A stretch of DNA of 64,000 nt, taken from the NCBI GenBank assembly GCA_963796275.1, contig CAWCKY010000002.1, forward strand, positions 288,001-352,000. The letters run 5' to 3'. Source of the stretch: an uncultured Acidobacteriota bacterium (lineage in GTDB: Bacteria > Acidobacteriota > Blastocatellia > RBC074). The notes under the pieces were generated by a model, which saw only the letters and a program-made list of their open reading frames with translations, had not been told where the DNA came from and ran no database searches. Position 1 is the first letter of the stretch, and every line of letters starts with the position of its first letter. Positions 19,995 to 31,134 of this stretch are shown here, piece after piece. The position numbers and the translations under genes are program-made.

Positions 19995-21367
19995 CACGCC
20001 AGGTTCAGATCAAGAAATTCATTCCTGAATTTTCCTTGAGGGTCATATTGACGTAATAATTGCTGAAAATCCGCATACTTTTCATAACGGGATTTTAACT
20101 GTGCCGGGGGGATAGTAAACAATTTTCCCCAGTGAGGGCGCGCGCCAAACGGAGCCAATTGCTCTTCGACGAGGGGAATAAGCTTCATTACCGAATCGGT
20201 ATTCTGCTTCCAGGTAAAATGAATTGCGATGCTGGGCCGATTGTAACACGTGCTCATCCATAGATCATCGGCGGCAATGGTTCGTATCTCGGAAATAAAA
20301 AGGTCTTGTATCCATCTATCGCCCATTTTGTTAATGGCTTTGAGCGCCGCGTACGCATTGCTCGATGGCACGAAATACTCAGACTGCAGTTCTTTTCCGC
20401 TGCTCGGCGTGAAATCCATGCGAAAGTGCGGCAAACGTTCGTGCCAGGGACCGGGGACGCCCATCTGTTCCGTGCAATTTTCCGCCGCGAGCTCGACAAT
20501 CGGATGCAGGTTCTGCTTGGCCGGCGTTGCGCCATAAAAATCGGGCTTTATGACGAGCGGTTTCCCGTCGATGATTCGGCTCTTCACCCAGACTTCGCTG
20601 ATGTTATTTTTCTGCCAATCCGTGAACAGGCTGACGCTGTAACCGCTCGACATAATGGCATCGAAATTCTTCTCCAGTTCGGGAAAAGGCAGGTTCTCAT
20701 AAACATTTTGCCGGATTTGATAGCTCGGCTGGATGTCGAGCGTCACCTTCGTTACGACGCCAAGCCCGCCGAGGCCAACTACCGCGCCGAGGAATTGATC
20801 GCCATCCTTATCTTTCGATAAAGTAACGACCTCGCCCTCTGCCGTGACAAACTCTATGCCGGAAACGGCGGTCGCTAAATTCCCATTATTCACGCCTGAC
20901 CCATGCGTCGCCGTAGCAATCGACCCTGCTACGGAGATATGCGGCAGGGATGCAAGATTGTGCAGAGCGTAGCCCGTGTCTTGCAAAAATTTGCCCAATG
21001 TCCCATAGCGAATGCCCGCCTCGACGGTAACCGTCTTTTTGGCAAAGTCCAGTGCGATCACTCTGTTCAGGTTCTTCGTCGAAAGCAACTGATGGGTGGA
21101 GTCCGCAATTTTGTTGAAACAGTGCTGCGAGCCGAGCACACGTAATTTGTCCGCCTTCTTCACGATGGCCTGCACTTGCTCGACCGATTCGGGATAGACG
21201 ACGTTCTCGGTGCTGTATTCCAGATTCCCCGACCAATTATTGAGGCGCGCAGTTGCCGGGCTGGCCGGTGTAGCGGCCGAATCATCTTGCTTGCAGGCGC
21301 TTATCGGCACGAGTGTTGCTCCCGTGAGCGCGGCGGAAGACAGCTTCAGAAACGTTCTTTTTTTCAT
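19994..21367 (-). CDS. FAD-linked alditol/xylitol oxidase (ALO family) with Tat-like lipoprotein signal
   Basis: KKRTFLK..ISAC leader; GSQHCFN, NLASLPHISVAG..ATATHGSG, ELQSEYF, ARPHWGK. Confidence 0.85.
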   Translation of the reverse strand: MKKRTFLKLSSAALTGATLVPISACKQDDSAATPASPATARLNNWSGNLEYSTENVVYPESVEQVQAIVKKADKLRVLGSQHCFNKIADSTHQLLSTKNLNRVIALDFAKKTVTVEAGIRYGTLGKFLQDTGYALHNLASLPHISVAGSIATATHGSGVNNGNLATAVSGIEFVTAEGEVVTLSKDKDGDQFLGAVVGLGGLGVVTKVTLDIQPSYQIRQNVYENLPFPELEKNFDAIMSSGYSVSLFTDWQKNNISEVWVKSRIIDGKPLVIKPDFYGATPAKQNLHPIVELAAENCTEQMGVPGPWHERLPHFRMDFTPSSGKELQSEYFVPSSNAYAALKAINKMGDRWIQDLFISEIRTIAADDLWMSTCYNRPSIAIHFTWKQNTDSVMKLIPLVEEQLAPFGARPHWGKLFTIPPAQLKSRYEKYADFQQLLRQYDPQGKFRNEFLDLNLA

Positions 21368-21557
21368 ATGTTTTATCTCATTATTTCAACTCCATTGCAG
21401 AGGCGCGATTCTATCAAAACCGCTGCCGGAGCTGTAATGGTGAACCGCGGCACCCAAGAATAACTCGCGGGTAATCAATCTCGTTCTTGATCACCGATTC
21501 GCTCTTACGACACGCCCCCATACTTCCCCGTTCATCCCGATCGCCACCTTGACGCGG

Positions 21558-22730
21558 TCACTGATAAACCGCGTTTCTCAATTCGGTCGGGAAACGGCCG
21601 GCCATCCCTTCTATCGCCGTATTGGTCAGTGCTACCACCGTCAGGTTTTGCGCCGAGTCGATGAACCATGAGTGGCCGTAGACTCCGCCCCATCCCCAAG
21701 TGCCGGTCGAGTGCGGCGATCCCGCTTTGCCCGGATCCATCAGTACGGCGGCACCGAAGCCGAAGCCCCAGCCCGGTCCGCGCAAGTTGACTGGCAAGTC
21801 GCCCACTTGGTTGCTCATCATTGCAGATGCTGTTTCTGACTTCATCATTGAACCCCCGTCGCCGCGCACGGTCTCCAGAAATCTAAGGAAGTCGGGCGCC
21901 GTCCCCACCATGCCCGTGCCACCGGATGGGTAGGAACTTGAGTCGAACACGCGTGATGGCGCAAAGGCGATCCCCGCACCGTCAGCGAATGGCACGATAT
22001 GCGATTCGCTCATACGTACGGGTCTGTCCGCGCCATCGGCATACGCGGCAGCCATGCGATCGGCGTCGAGCAGTGCGAAGTCGGTATCCTTCATTCCGAG
22101 CGGCCCTGTCACCAATTGCCTCACGGCTTCCGGGAACGTATGTCCGCAGACCCGTTCGATCACCGCTCCCAAAACATCCAGTGATAGCGAATATTGCCAT
22201 CCCTCGCCCGGACGGAACATCAAGGGAACCGATGACAGACGTGCCAGGTTGTCTTCCATCGAACGCCCCGGTTCATCCAATCCGTCGGAAATCCCCGCTC
22301 GATGGTATTCGCTTCCCGGGGTCTGCAAAAAGCCGTAGCTCAGTCCCGAGGTATGTGTAAGTAATTGGCCCACCGTGATCGGAGGACGCTCACCGCTCGT
22401 CAGGGCGGGGCGGAAGCCTGGCAGCCATCTGGTTACAGGATCGTCAAGCGAGAGTCGACCGCGTTCCACCAGTACCATCGTTGCGGCTGAGACGATGGGC
22501 TTGGTAAGCGAGGCGAGCCGGAACAGCGTATCTATCCGCATCGGTCTGCCGGCCTCTCTGTCTGCCAGTCCTGCCGCGCGCCGATAAACGAGATTACCGT
22601 CACGCGCGATGAGCACCACTGTGCCAACGATGCGATCGGATGATAACGCCTGATCTATCACACGATCGATTTCCACTGACATCGCTGACGTATTTGTATC
22701 TACCTCAAATTCATAGAACTCTTTCATCAT
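21558..22730 (-). CDS. Serine hydrolase, beta-lactamase class C / esterase family
   Basis: FRLASLTK (SxxK), LLTHTSGL, WQYS, WGGVYGH; ATG 22730 follows GAGGAG. Confidence 0.9.
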   Translation of the reverse strand: MMKEFYEFEVDTNTSAMSVEIDRVIDQALSSDRIVGTVVLIARDGNLVYRRAAGLADREAGRPMRIDTLFRLASLTKPIVSAATMVLVERGRLSLDDPVTRWLPGFRPALTSGERPPITVGQLLTHTSGLSYGFLQTPGSEYHRAGISDGLDEPGRSMEDNLARLSSVPLMFRPGEGWQYSLSLDVLGAVIERVCGHTFPEAVRQLVTGPLGMKDTDFALLDADRMAAAYADGADRPVRMSESHIVPFADGAGIAFAPSRVFDSSSYPSGGTGMVGTAPDFLRFLETVRGDGGSMMKSETASAMMSNQVGDLPVNLRGPGWGFGFGAAVLMDPGKAGSPHSTGTWGWGGVYGHSWFIDSAQNLTVVALTNTAIEGMAGRFPTELRNAVYQ

Positions 22731-22910
22731 CGAGCTCCTCAAAGTAATGAAATAAATTTGCCCAATACACAAGCTATCTGTGCGCAAACTCGGGCCTCAA
22801 ATGTTCAAAAATATAAATATATTCAGAATTCTGAAATTACAAAGTAATCCAATACTCTGAACAGCTTCCTAACTCAAGCCAAATAAATGTATGAGCGTAT
22901 CAATTTAAAT

Positions 22911-22926
22911 TGGCATATATCTTGCG
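22911..22926 (+). promoter_or_regulatory. Putative sigma54 (-24/-12) promoter for the TonB-dependent receptor
   Basis: TGGCAT-ATATC-TTGC matches the TGGCAC-N5-TTGC consensus with exact spacing, ~160 bp upstream of the ATG in an AT-rich intergenic region. Confidence 0.6.
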
Positions 22927-23087
22927 GATAAAAATTCGACCGATTTTTCGATTGGCTAGACGCAAACAAACCTGAAAAAAAGTTGTGAATTTCTATATTC
23001 GTCCGACGATCAGCCGTACTCGGCAAGTACCATTAGTCGGTCGGGCGATATAACCACCAGAAATCTTACAGAAGGACAGGACCTACC

Positions 23088-26000
23088 ATGAAATTTGCAA
23101 AGTACTGTTTATTCATCGCCTGCATGTCTTGGCTTCGGTAGTTGTTCACGGGCAAGCTGTCTCCGTTGGTGACATCGAGGGCACGGTGACGGACCCTACG
23201 GGAGCAGTTCTCCCAAGCGCCTTCGTGACCACAACCAATAAAGGCACCGGGGCCACACGCACCGTCACATCCGACAACAATGGATACTATCGGATCGCGG
23301 GTCTAGCGCCCGGCATCTATACGGTCAAGATCGAGAGCAAGGGCTTCACCGCCCAAGTTACGGAGGGCGTGACGCTTAACGTCGGCACGACGATAACGCT
23401 CAACGCCTCGCTCAAGCCGGCGGGGACGACCGAGACAGTGGTGATCAATGCCGGAGATGCTGCGCTGATTGAGACGACACGGACCGAGCTGGGCGGAGTA
23501 GTCAACAACCGCGAGATAGAGAATCTGCCGCTAAACGGACGCAGCCTCGCCGGTCTGGCGATACTCATCCCTGGTGCGCGTCCGACGCAATCGTTCGACC
23601 CCACGAAGAATCGGAGCTCCTCTTTCTCGATCAACGGCGGCGGCGGTCGCAACATAAACACCACCGTGGACGGCGGTGACAACAAGGACAACACGGTGGG
23701 CGGCATCGTCATGAACTTTTCACTCGAGGGCGTCCAGGAATACAAGCTCGAAACGCAGCGGTTCTCGGCGGCCTCGGGGCGTAGTGAGGGATCATCGCTC
23801 AACGTCATCACCAAGAGCGGCACCAATGAGTATCACGGGTCGGGGTTCCTCTTCGCGCGTGATAAGAAATTCAACGCCAACGACCATATTTCGAAGGTCA
23901 CCGATCTGCCGAAAGCCGAGTACAGCCGTCAGCAATTCGGCGGGAGTTTCGGCGGACCGATCAAGAAGGATCGCTTCTTCTTCTTCGGCGTCTATGAAAG
24001 GACGCGCGAAGAATCGGGTTTCAACGTGAGCGCGGATGTTGTGAACGAGTTGCAATTTGCCCGTTCCATTGGGGCGAGGCCGATCGAGTTCGTGCCCACC
24101 CCATTTCGCGACAATCTGTGGCAGGTGCGGTTAGACGGCAACCTCAACGACCGGAACACGGTCTTCGTGAAGTGGGCGGAGCAGACCAACAATGCACTCA
24201 ACGACCAATCGAACATCAATGATGAGTTGAGCGGCAATTTCACCAGGAACACGCTCTATCAAGGCACATTGGGACTCAATTCGACCATCTCTCCTAAGCT
24301 CGTCAATCAATTTACCTTCGCTTATCAATACTGGAACAACCTGATAGATTCCGAGACCTTCGTGCCATTTCTCATTTTTCCCACCACCGGCTTCGGAACC
24401 AATCCCAACATTCCGCAGCAGTCGATTCAAAAAAAGTTTCAGATGAGGAATGATATGTTCCTATCGGCCGGCAACCACGGATTGAAGTACGGTGGCGATT
24501 TCGTGGTGATACCGAAGCTCGGCGGTTTCTTCCGCACTCCGCCCACGCCGAACGTGACATTTACTGACGATCCTTCTGAAATCACCACTAACACGGCTGA
24601 TTACCCGCAGGGCTTCGCCACTCCCGGCGCGGTGCAGACATTGGCGGCGACCTCGGGTGACCCGTCTTTTGATTATCACGACACTTCGATGCTCGGCCTC
24701 TATTTTCAGGACGATTGGAAGGTCAGTCGGCGCCTAACCCTCAACCTGGGAGTGCGCTACGATCTGGATATCAATTTCCTGCCGCCGCTGCCGGAAAATC
24801 GGACATATCTGATCCTGAAGCAAATAAATCATCCCGTGGCAAGCAAGCTTCTCGGTAACGACACGAACAACTTCTCACCGCGCTTTGGCTTCGCCTGGGA
24901 CATCAATGGCGATGCCAAAAACGTCATCCGAGGTGGATATGGCATCTATTATGGTCAGGTATTCCAGAACATCCCGCTCTTCGCACAGCAGCAGACGAAT
25001 GACACCGTCTTTACCACGTTCAGTTTGACGAACGCCGAGCTGGCAACTTTCCGCTACGGAATCGACCCGATCAACATCCCGCCGACGTCTACCGTGCTGG
25101 CTACCGGCTCCACCGGCCGGATCATGCATCCCGACAGCGAAATTCCTTACACGCAGCAGTGGAACATCGGGTACAGCCGTCAGTACGGGAGAGACTTTGC
25201 CGTGGAGGTGGACTACATTCATATCCTGGGCCTCCACGAGTTCGTTCGGCACCGGTTGAACCCCCAGGTTCCCGGCAATTCCGTCACCAATATTGACGGT
25301 ACGACGATCACTAATGCACGGTTGCTGGCGACCGATTTCCTCCGCGCGGGATTGCCGGCCAATCGTCTGGGCGATGTGGTCTCCGAAGAATCGATTGGGC
25401 GCTCGCGGTACGACGGGCTCAACATTCAATTGAGGAAACGGTTCTCCAACCGTTTCACCTTTCAGAGCTCTTACGTGCTCTCGCGTTCGCTGGCCTATAC
25501 CGGCGCACTCAACATCAGTGCGGCAGCGGGCTTCGCCGGTCAGGCTCAGGATCAGAACAGAATATTGGATCCGAGCGAACTGGGTCCAACCTCGAATGAC
25601 GAACGTCATCGTTTTGTCTTCTCGGGAATCTTCGACTTGCCGTTGGGGTTGCAGATCTCACCGATCGTCCAGTTGGCTTCGGCTCGTCCCTACACGCTCC
25701 TTGATGGTACGGATCGGAACGGGGACGGAATCAATAACGATCGCTATCTCGATCCTGCGACTGGACAGATTGTGCCGCGAGGTTCGGCGCGCGGAGGCTT
25801 CGACATCGTAAATGCGGGCATCGATCCGGAGACGGGCCGCCCGATCTTGGTTCGTGGCGATCGGGTCTCAGGACGCACCTTCACCACAGATCTGCGCATC
25901 TCGAAGTACATCAAGCTCGGCGAGCGCACCAAACTGGGATTGTTCTTCGAAACTTTCAATATGACCAACCATGTGAATTTCGGGGACGGCTTCCAGGCCA

Positions 26001-26137
26001 ACCAGCAGACCGGGGCAACCAATGAATTCCAGAGGGTGACCGGTTACCTGGGCAATCGAACGGCTAGCATCCCGCCGGCTCAGGGTGGCGCGGGCAGCCC
26101 GTTCCAGGCGCAGTTCGGCGCTCGCTTCTCTTTCTGA
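23088..26137 (+). CDS. TonB-dependent receptor (Oar-like, carboxypeptidase-regulatory N-domain); 1-nt frameshift in the signal peptide
   Basis: GTVTDPTGAV, LPLNGR, VITKSGTN.YHG, QDDWKV...LNLGVRYD, terminal F. ATG 23088 (MKFAKYCLFIACM) is out of frame with the long ORF starting at 23129. Confidence 0.88.
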
Positions 26138-26202
26138 GGCGCTCGAACAAATTAATAAAATCAATAAATCCGAAACGTCATCAATAACGATTCGGATAAT
26201 GG

Positions 26203-26248
26203 AAGGCCGTTGATGATTTCGGAATTGTCAGCGGCCTTTAAATTTTTT
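26203..26248 (+). terminator. Probable intrinsic terminator between convergent genes
   Basis: aaggccgttgatgatt-tcgg-aattgtcagcggcctt stem followed by a T-rich tail. Confidence 0.6.
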
Positions 26249-26321
26249 AGACTGATAGTAATTCATCTGACCACTCTTGGTGGCCAAATCCACCGGGTAC
26301 CGAAACCTGACGATATGCGCT

Positions 26322-29003
26322 TCACTCCTGTCTCAAAATCGTCATCGGATCAATTTTCGTCGCACGCCGTGCAGGCAGATAACCGGCCAGCACTGCGACG
26401 GCGAGCATCAGCGATACGGCCAGCGCTATCGTCAACGGATCATTGGCGCTGAGGCCGAACAGGAACCCCTTAATCAACCGGATCGCTGCCAGAGCTACTG
26501 GTAACCCAATTGCGATACCGATCGCCACCAGGAACAGCGTCTCACGCAAGACCAGCCACCGGACGTTACGCGCATGCGCGCCCAGCGCCATGCGGATGCC
26601 AATCTCGTGCGTGCGGCGCACCACGGCGTTTGCCATCACGCCATAAAGTCCCAGCGCGGCCAGCAGCAGCGCGATGACGCCGAAGAAGCTGGAGAGCAGC
26701 GCAATCAGCCGCTCCCGGCTGATTGACTCGTCGATATGGTCGGCGAAAGTTTTGATGTCGAAGACCGGCAGGTTCGGATCCAGGCTGTGAACTACATTAC
26801 GAATGGCCGCCACAAGAGCGCTGGCGTCGCCCGTCGCGCGCACGCACAATCTCTGCCTTCCAAGAAAGCGCTCGCTTTCGACATAGTAGACCGTGCGTGA
26901 CATTGTTTCCCTGAGGCTTGCCAGCATGGCGTTTCCGACCACGCCGACGATCTCCAGGTTTTTAATCGGTCCCATCGAAAATCGCTTACCCAGCGGGTTT
27001 TCATCACCGAAGAAGTAGCGCGCAAAACTGTCATTGACGATGACGGCTCTGTTGTAAGCTCCGATCGAGTTCTGCGCCTCGAAATAATCTAATCCCGAAT
27101 CCTGCGCGTTGAAATCGCGCCCCCTCAGCAATGATATTCCAAATGTGGCGAAGTATTGTGATGTAATTGGGTGGAATCGCGTGGTTTGCCTTTCGTTCGG
27201 TGGAATCTGAGAGCCGGGGACTTCGATCTCCGCCTCTCCTCCGAATCCTCTAATCGGCAGTGGACCATAGGCGGCTGATTTTATGCCCGGCAGCGCCCTC
27301 ACACGATCGATCAATTGGGCATAGAAATTCCGCTGCTGATCACGGGTGTAACCGCTGCCCTCGGGCCAGGTCTCCATTGTTATGATCTGATCGGTCGTGT
27401 AACCGAGATCGACCGCTTTCAGATTTCGCAAGCTGCGCGCGAACAACGTCCCGCTGACCAGCAACACCAACGACATTCCGACTTGAAGCACAACCAGCAG
27501 CCGGCGCATTTCCCATCTGCGTCTACGCCCTGCCACGCCGGCGGCCTCAATTTTGAGCGCCGGAATCAGGTCTAAGCGCGTCGCCTGCAAAGCGGGCACC
27601 AGGCTGAATAGAAGCCCCGTCAATACCGAGATGCCGAGCGTAAAGACCAGCATCCGCCAATCAGGTTTGATATCGAGCGTCGCGTCCTGCGGCAGGAATC
27701 CTAGCAGCGCCTGCGTCCCCCAGCGGGCAAACACTAACCCCAGCGCGCCGCCCAGGGCGGAGAGCAACAATCCTTCGGTCAACAATTGGCGTACGAGCCT
27801 GAAGCGTCCCGCGCCAACGGCAAGACGCACTGCGATCTCACGCCTCCTCGTCAGCGCGCGCGCGAGCAGCAGGTTGGCGATGTTGAGACAGACGATGAAC
27901 AACACCACGCCTACCATACACATCAGCAAGATGAGCGGCTGTGAAAATCGGCTTCGAAGATTTGTGGTGGGGACGCCTGTTCTGGCCGAGTGGAGCTGAA
28001 TGCGCGGCGCGAAAATTCGTTCGGTTGGCGAATTGCCGGCTGAAGTCCGGAGATTGTTTTGCCGGATAATGTTTTGATAGAGGGAGTCCGTCGCGGCCTG
28101 AGCCTGCGCAATGCCGATTCCGGGTTTCAGACGCGCCATTACCGGCGCGGCCTGGACATGGTCCAACATCTCGCGCTTCATCATCATCGGAATGCGCAGA
28201 TCGGGCGCGACGCCGATCTCCACGTCATTAAATCCCTGGGCGACGACCCCGATTATGGTGAATAGATAATTGTTGACGCGTATCTTCCTGCCGACGATTT
28301 GAGGGTCGGCGCCAAATCGCCGGCGCCAATAGTTGTAGCTGATGACCGTCACGAAATGCTCGCCCGGCAGTTGGTCATCGGCATCGCTAAAAACGCGGCC
28401 AAGATGCGCTCCCACGCCCAACACCTTAAAGAAATTACCTGAGACCAACTCTGCGATCACGCGCTCCGCCTGATTGCCGTCACTCACAGTCAACGCTGTC
28501 GAGTGAAAGCTGAACATCCCGGCAAAGGACGAAATCTTCTCGTTCAACTCCGGGAAGACCGGATCGGGGTAAGCGAAAGAAAGGCCATCCACAAAAACTA
28601 ATTGCTCAGGTTGCCCGACCGGCAGCGGCTTCAATAGCAGCGCGTCGAGCAGACTGAAGATCGCTGTGTTCGCGCCAATGCCCAGCGCCAATGAGAGCGC
28701 GGCCACGGCGGTGAAGCCTTTGCTCTTAAGCAACATACGCACGCCAAAACTCAAGTCTTGAAAGAGCGTTTCGATAAATCTGATTCCACGCATATCGCGA
28801 TGAGCCTCCTGCAACAAAATGACGTTTCCGAACTGGCGGCGCGCAGCCCGAGCCGCCTCAATCTCGCTCATTCCCCGGCCGACAAATCGCTCGGTGAGCA
28901 GGCGCAAGTGAACCTCGATCTCGTCGCCGAACTCTCGATCCGCTCTGCGGCCTCCGAACAATCCCCGAAGCCTGGCCGCCAGTTCACGCAAATAATGGAT
29001 CAT
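26322..29003 (-). CDS. ADOP-type ABC transporter permease (duplicated MacB/FtsX)
   Basis: EIEVHL..ARRQFGN, LALGIGANTAIFS, C.NIANLLLAR, REIAVRLAVGA, PARRATKIDP; start MIHYL at 29003. Confidence 0.92.
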   Translation of the reverse strand: MIHYLRELAARLRGLFGGRRADREFGDEIEVHLRLLTERFVGRGMSEIEAARAARRQFGNVILLQEAHRDMRGIRFIETLFQDLSFGVRMLLKSKGFTAVAALSLALGIGANTAIFSLLDALLLKPLPVGQPEQLVFVDGLSFAYPDPVFPELNEKISSFAGMFSFHSTALTVSDGNQAERVIAELVSGNFFKVLGVGAHLGRVFSDADDQLPGEHFVTVISYNYWRRRFGADPQIVGRKIRVNNYLFTIIGVVAQGFNDVEIGVAPDLRIPMMMKREMLDHVQAAPVMARLKPGIGIAQAQAATDSLYQNIIRQNNLRTSAGNSPTERIFAPRIQLHSARTGVPTTNLRSRFSQPLILLMCMVGVVLFIVCLNIANLLLARALTRRREIAVRLAVGAGRFRLVRQLLTEGLLLSALGGALGLVFARWGTQALLGFLPQDATLDIKPDWRMLVFTLGISVLTGLLFSLVPALQATRLDLIPALKIEAAGVAGRRRRWEMRRLLVVLQVGMSLVLLVSGTLFARSLRNLKAVDLGYTTDQIITMETWPEGSGYTRDQQRNFYAQLIDRVRALPGIKSAAYGPLPIRGFGGEAEIEVPGSQIPPNERQTTRFHPITSQYFATFGISLLRGRDFNAQDSGLDYFEAQNSIGAYNRAVIVNDSFARYFFGDENPLGKRFSMGPIKNLEIVGVVGNAMLASLRETMSRTVYYVESERFLGRQRLCVRATGDASALVAAIRNVVHSLDPNLPVFDIKTFADHIDESISRERLIALLSSFFGVIALLLAALGLYGVMANAVVRRTHEIGIRMALGAHARNVRWLVLRETLFLVAIGIAIGLPVALAAIRLIKGFLFGLSANDPLTIALAVSLMLAVAVLAGYLPARRATKIDPMTILRQE

Positions 29004-29006
29004 CTC

Positions 29007-29210
29007 TATTCCTGGACCTCCAGCTTCAACAGTCGCCCGATCACCACCACGGCGATCCGTTCCCAATCCCCCATCTCACGTGCGCGCTGTTTTCGGCCGC
29101 TTTCGTGATCAAATAGTATTTATCCTTGTGCCTGTTGTGATTGTTTTCCGACGTCCTCCAGTCCGAAACGATCCATTCCCGCGCCGCAGGAGTGAGGCGT
29201 AAACCATTCC
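29007..29210 (-). pseudogene. Degraded PadR-family regulator
   Basis: Minus-strand fragments VYASLLR, IVSDWRTSENN, KYYLITK, GRKQR, WERIAVVIGRLL in shifting frames, directly upstream of the ADOP gene. Confidence 0.65.
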
Positions 29211-29657
29211 TTCATTCATCAGGTCGAGCGTCCCTTGGAGAACCTCCGCTTTCACTGCATTCTGTTCTTTGGGCATTACATATGAAGATAACCCTCTTCC
29301 ACTGGAATGTCCATAGGTAAGCGGTAAGGTGAGGCGAGTCTACGGGCATCTGCCAGAATCGAGTTATCAACTTTTTTATTACTTCATTACAGGCTGGAGG
29401 GGACGTCGAGCTTGGCGTTAGCTCACGTTTCATCAACAACGTTAGGTTTCGGAGAAGGGGTTCCAAAGTTGATCCGCCAAATAAGCCAGCGAGGTCATTA
29501 GCGGGCGCAATGTGGAGCATAGCTTGGTTGGGAAGGAGGTCTGGCGTCACGCACGGCCTTGCGCCTAAGCATTCTCTTCGCTATATGAAGCTGCGCGGCG
29601 ATACGGCATAATTGGTCCCCTGATCTGATCATTTTATGTTAAAGGAAGAGCAATTTA

Positions 29658-30857
29658 ATGCAGTCACCATTCACACACATTGAACAGGCTCCGCCCGATC
29701 CAATCATTGGATTGACCGAAGCCTTCAATCAGGATCCGAATCCGGCCAAAGTCAACCTCGGCGTCGGCGTATACCAGGACGCGTCGGGGAAGGTGCCGGT
29801 CCTCAAAGTCGTGCGCGAGGCCGAATCGCGCTGGTATCAGGAAGAGGCGACCAAAAGCTACTTGCCGATCGATGGCCTCCCCGCATACAACAAGGCGGTT
29901 CAAAAGCTGCTATTCGGCCTTGATTCCCAGCTCATCGCCGAGTCTCGCGCCGTCACCGTTCAGGGGCTGGGAGGAACCGGAAGTTTGAAGATCGGCGCCG
30001 ATTTCCTCAAACGCTTTCTGCCCGATTCCGAAGTCTGGATCAGCAATCCGAGCTGGGAAAATCACCAGATGCTCTTTGAATCGGCCGGTTTCCGAGTCAA
30101 TTCATATCCTTATTACGATGCCGAGACCCACGGACTCGATTTCAATGGGATGCTCGAAACCCTGAAGCGCTTGCCGGCGCGCAGCATAGTCGTGCTTCAC
30201 GCCTGCTGCCACAATCCGACCGGAGTCGATTTGAACGCGGAACAATGGTCTCTGGTGATCGACGTGGTGAGGCGGGCAGACATCGTGCCGTTCCTGGATT
30301 TCGCCTATCAGGGATTCGGCGAGAGCCTCGACGAGGATGCCTTTGCCATCCGCGCTTTCGCAGAGGCCGGCATTCCGTGTTTGATCTCCAGCTCTTTTTC
30401 CAAATCTTTCGCGCTCTATCGCGAACGCGCCGGCGCACTCACTATCACCACGACTGGCGCCGAGGAGTCGAAGCGTGTGCTCAGCCAGGTCAAACGCATC
30501 ATTCGCACCAATTATTCCAATCCATCGTCACACGGCGCGCAAATCGTCGCGATGACGCTGGCCGATGCCGAATTGCGCCAGGCTTGGGAGGCCGAATTGA
30601 CCGAGATGCGCCAGCGCATTTTTCAGATGCGGGGAAAGTTCGTCGCCAGGCTGATCGAGAATGGCATCGAACAGGATTTTAGCTTCATCAAGAATCAACG
30701 CGGGATGTTTTCTTATTCGGGCCTGACGTCTGAGCAAGTCAAATCTCTCCGCGAAAAATATAGCCTCTATATCGTCAGCACAGGACGCATCTGCCTGGCG
30801 GCGATAAATGATAAAAATATCGACTATATCTGCAATGCGATTGCGGATGTCCTGTGA
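29658..30857 (+). CDS. Aspartate/aromatic amino acid aminotransferase (AspC/TyrB family)
   Basis: KVNLGVGVY, LHACCHNPTG, DFAYQGFG, SFSKSFALY.ER (PLP lysine), GMFS. Confidence 0.93.
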   Translation: MQSPFTHIEQAPPDPIIGLTEAFNQDPNPAKVNLGVGVYQDASGKVPVLKVVREAESRWYQEEATKSYLPIDGLPAYNKAVQKLLFGLDSQLIAESRAVTVQGLGGTGSLKIGADFLKRFLPDSEVWISNPSWENHQMLFESAGFRVNSYPYYDAETHGLDFNGMLETLKRLPARSIVVLHACCHNPTGVDLNAEQWSLVIDVVRRADIVPFLDFAYQGFGESLDEDAFAIRAFAEAGIPCLISSSFSKSFALYRERAGALTITTTGAEESKRVLSQVKRIIRTNYSNPSSHGAQIVAMTLADAELRQAWEAELTEMRQRIFQMRGKFVARLIENGIEQDFSFIKNQRGMFSYSGLTSEQVKSLREKYSLYIVSTGRICLAAINDKNIDYICNAIADVL

Positions 30858-30887
30858 TTTAAAGGCATCACACAACCGGGGGTAAGG

Positions 30888-31070
30888 GCTACGCTTCACA
30901 GCCATTGGTGCTACGTACTGTGAATTTGAAATTCCCGGTGGCTGGAGATATATCCCTCTTCGTCGCGGAGCGACGGCGTGAATTTAGGCGTGCGTTATTA
31001 CGCCTTGTTATTACATAAACTTTTGGTTTTACGGTGGCGCAGCGGATTGTATCCGGTGGTGAAGCGTAGC
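30888..31070. repeat. REP/REPIN-like palindromic unit
   Basis: Perfect 12-bp inverted repeat gctacgcttcac (30888-30899) / gtgaagcgtagc (31059-31070), with central palindrome cgtcgcggagcgacg (30961-30975). Confidence 0.55.
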
Positions 31071-31134
31071 TGAACCACGGCTAATATCCGCTGTCCTTAC
31101 CATCTTGCCAAATGGCACACCGGTGATATTCCGT

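Noticed and set aside
29212-29550. 112-aa ORF or possible structured RNA upstream of the aminotransferase
   Set aside because: No recognisable motif, RBS or riboswitch consensus.
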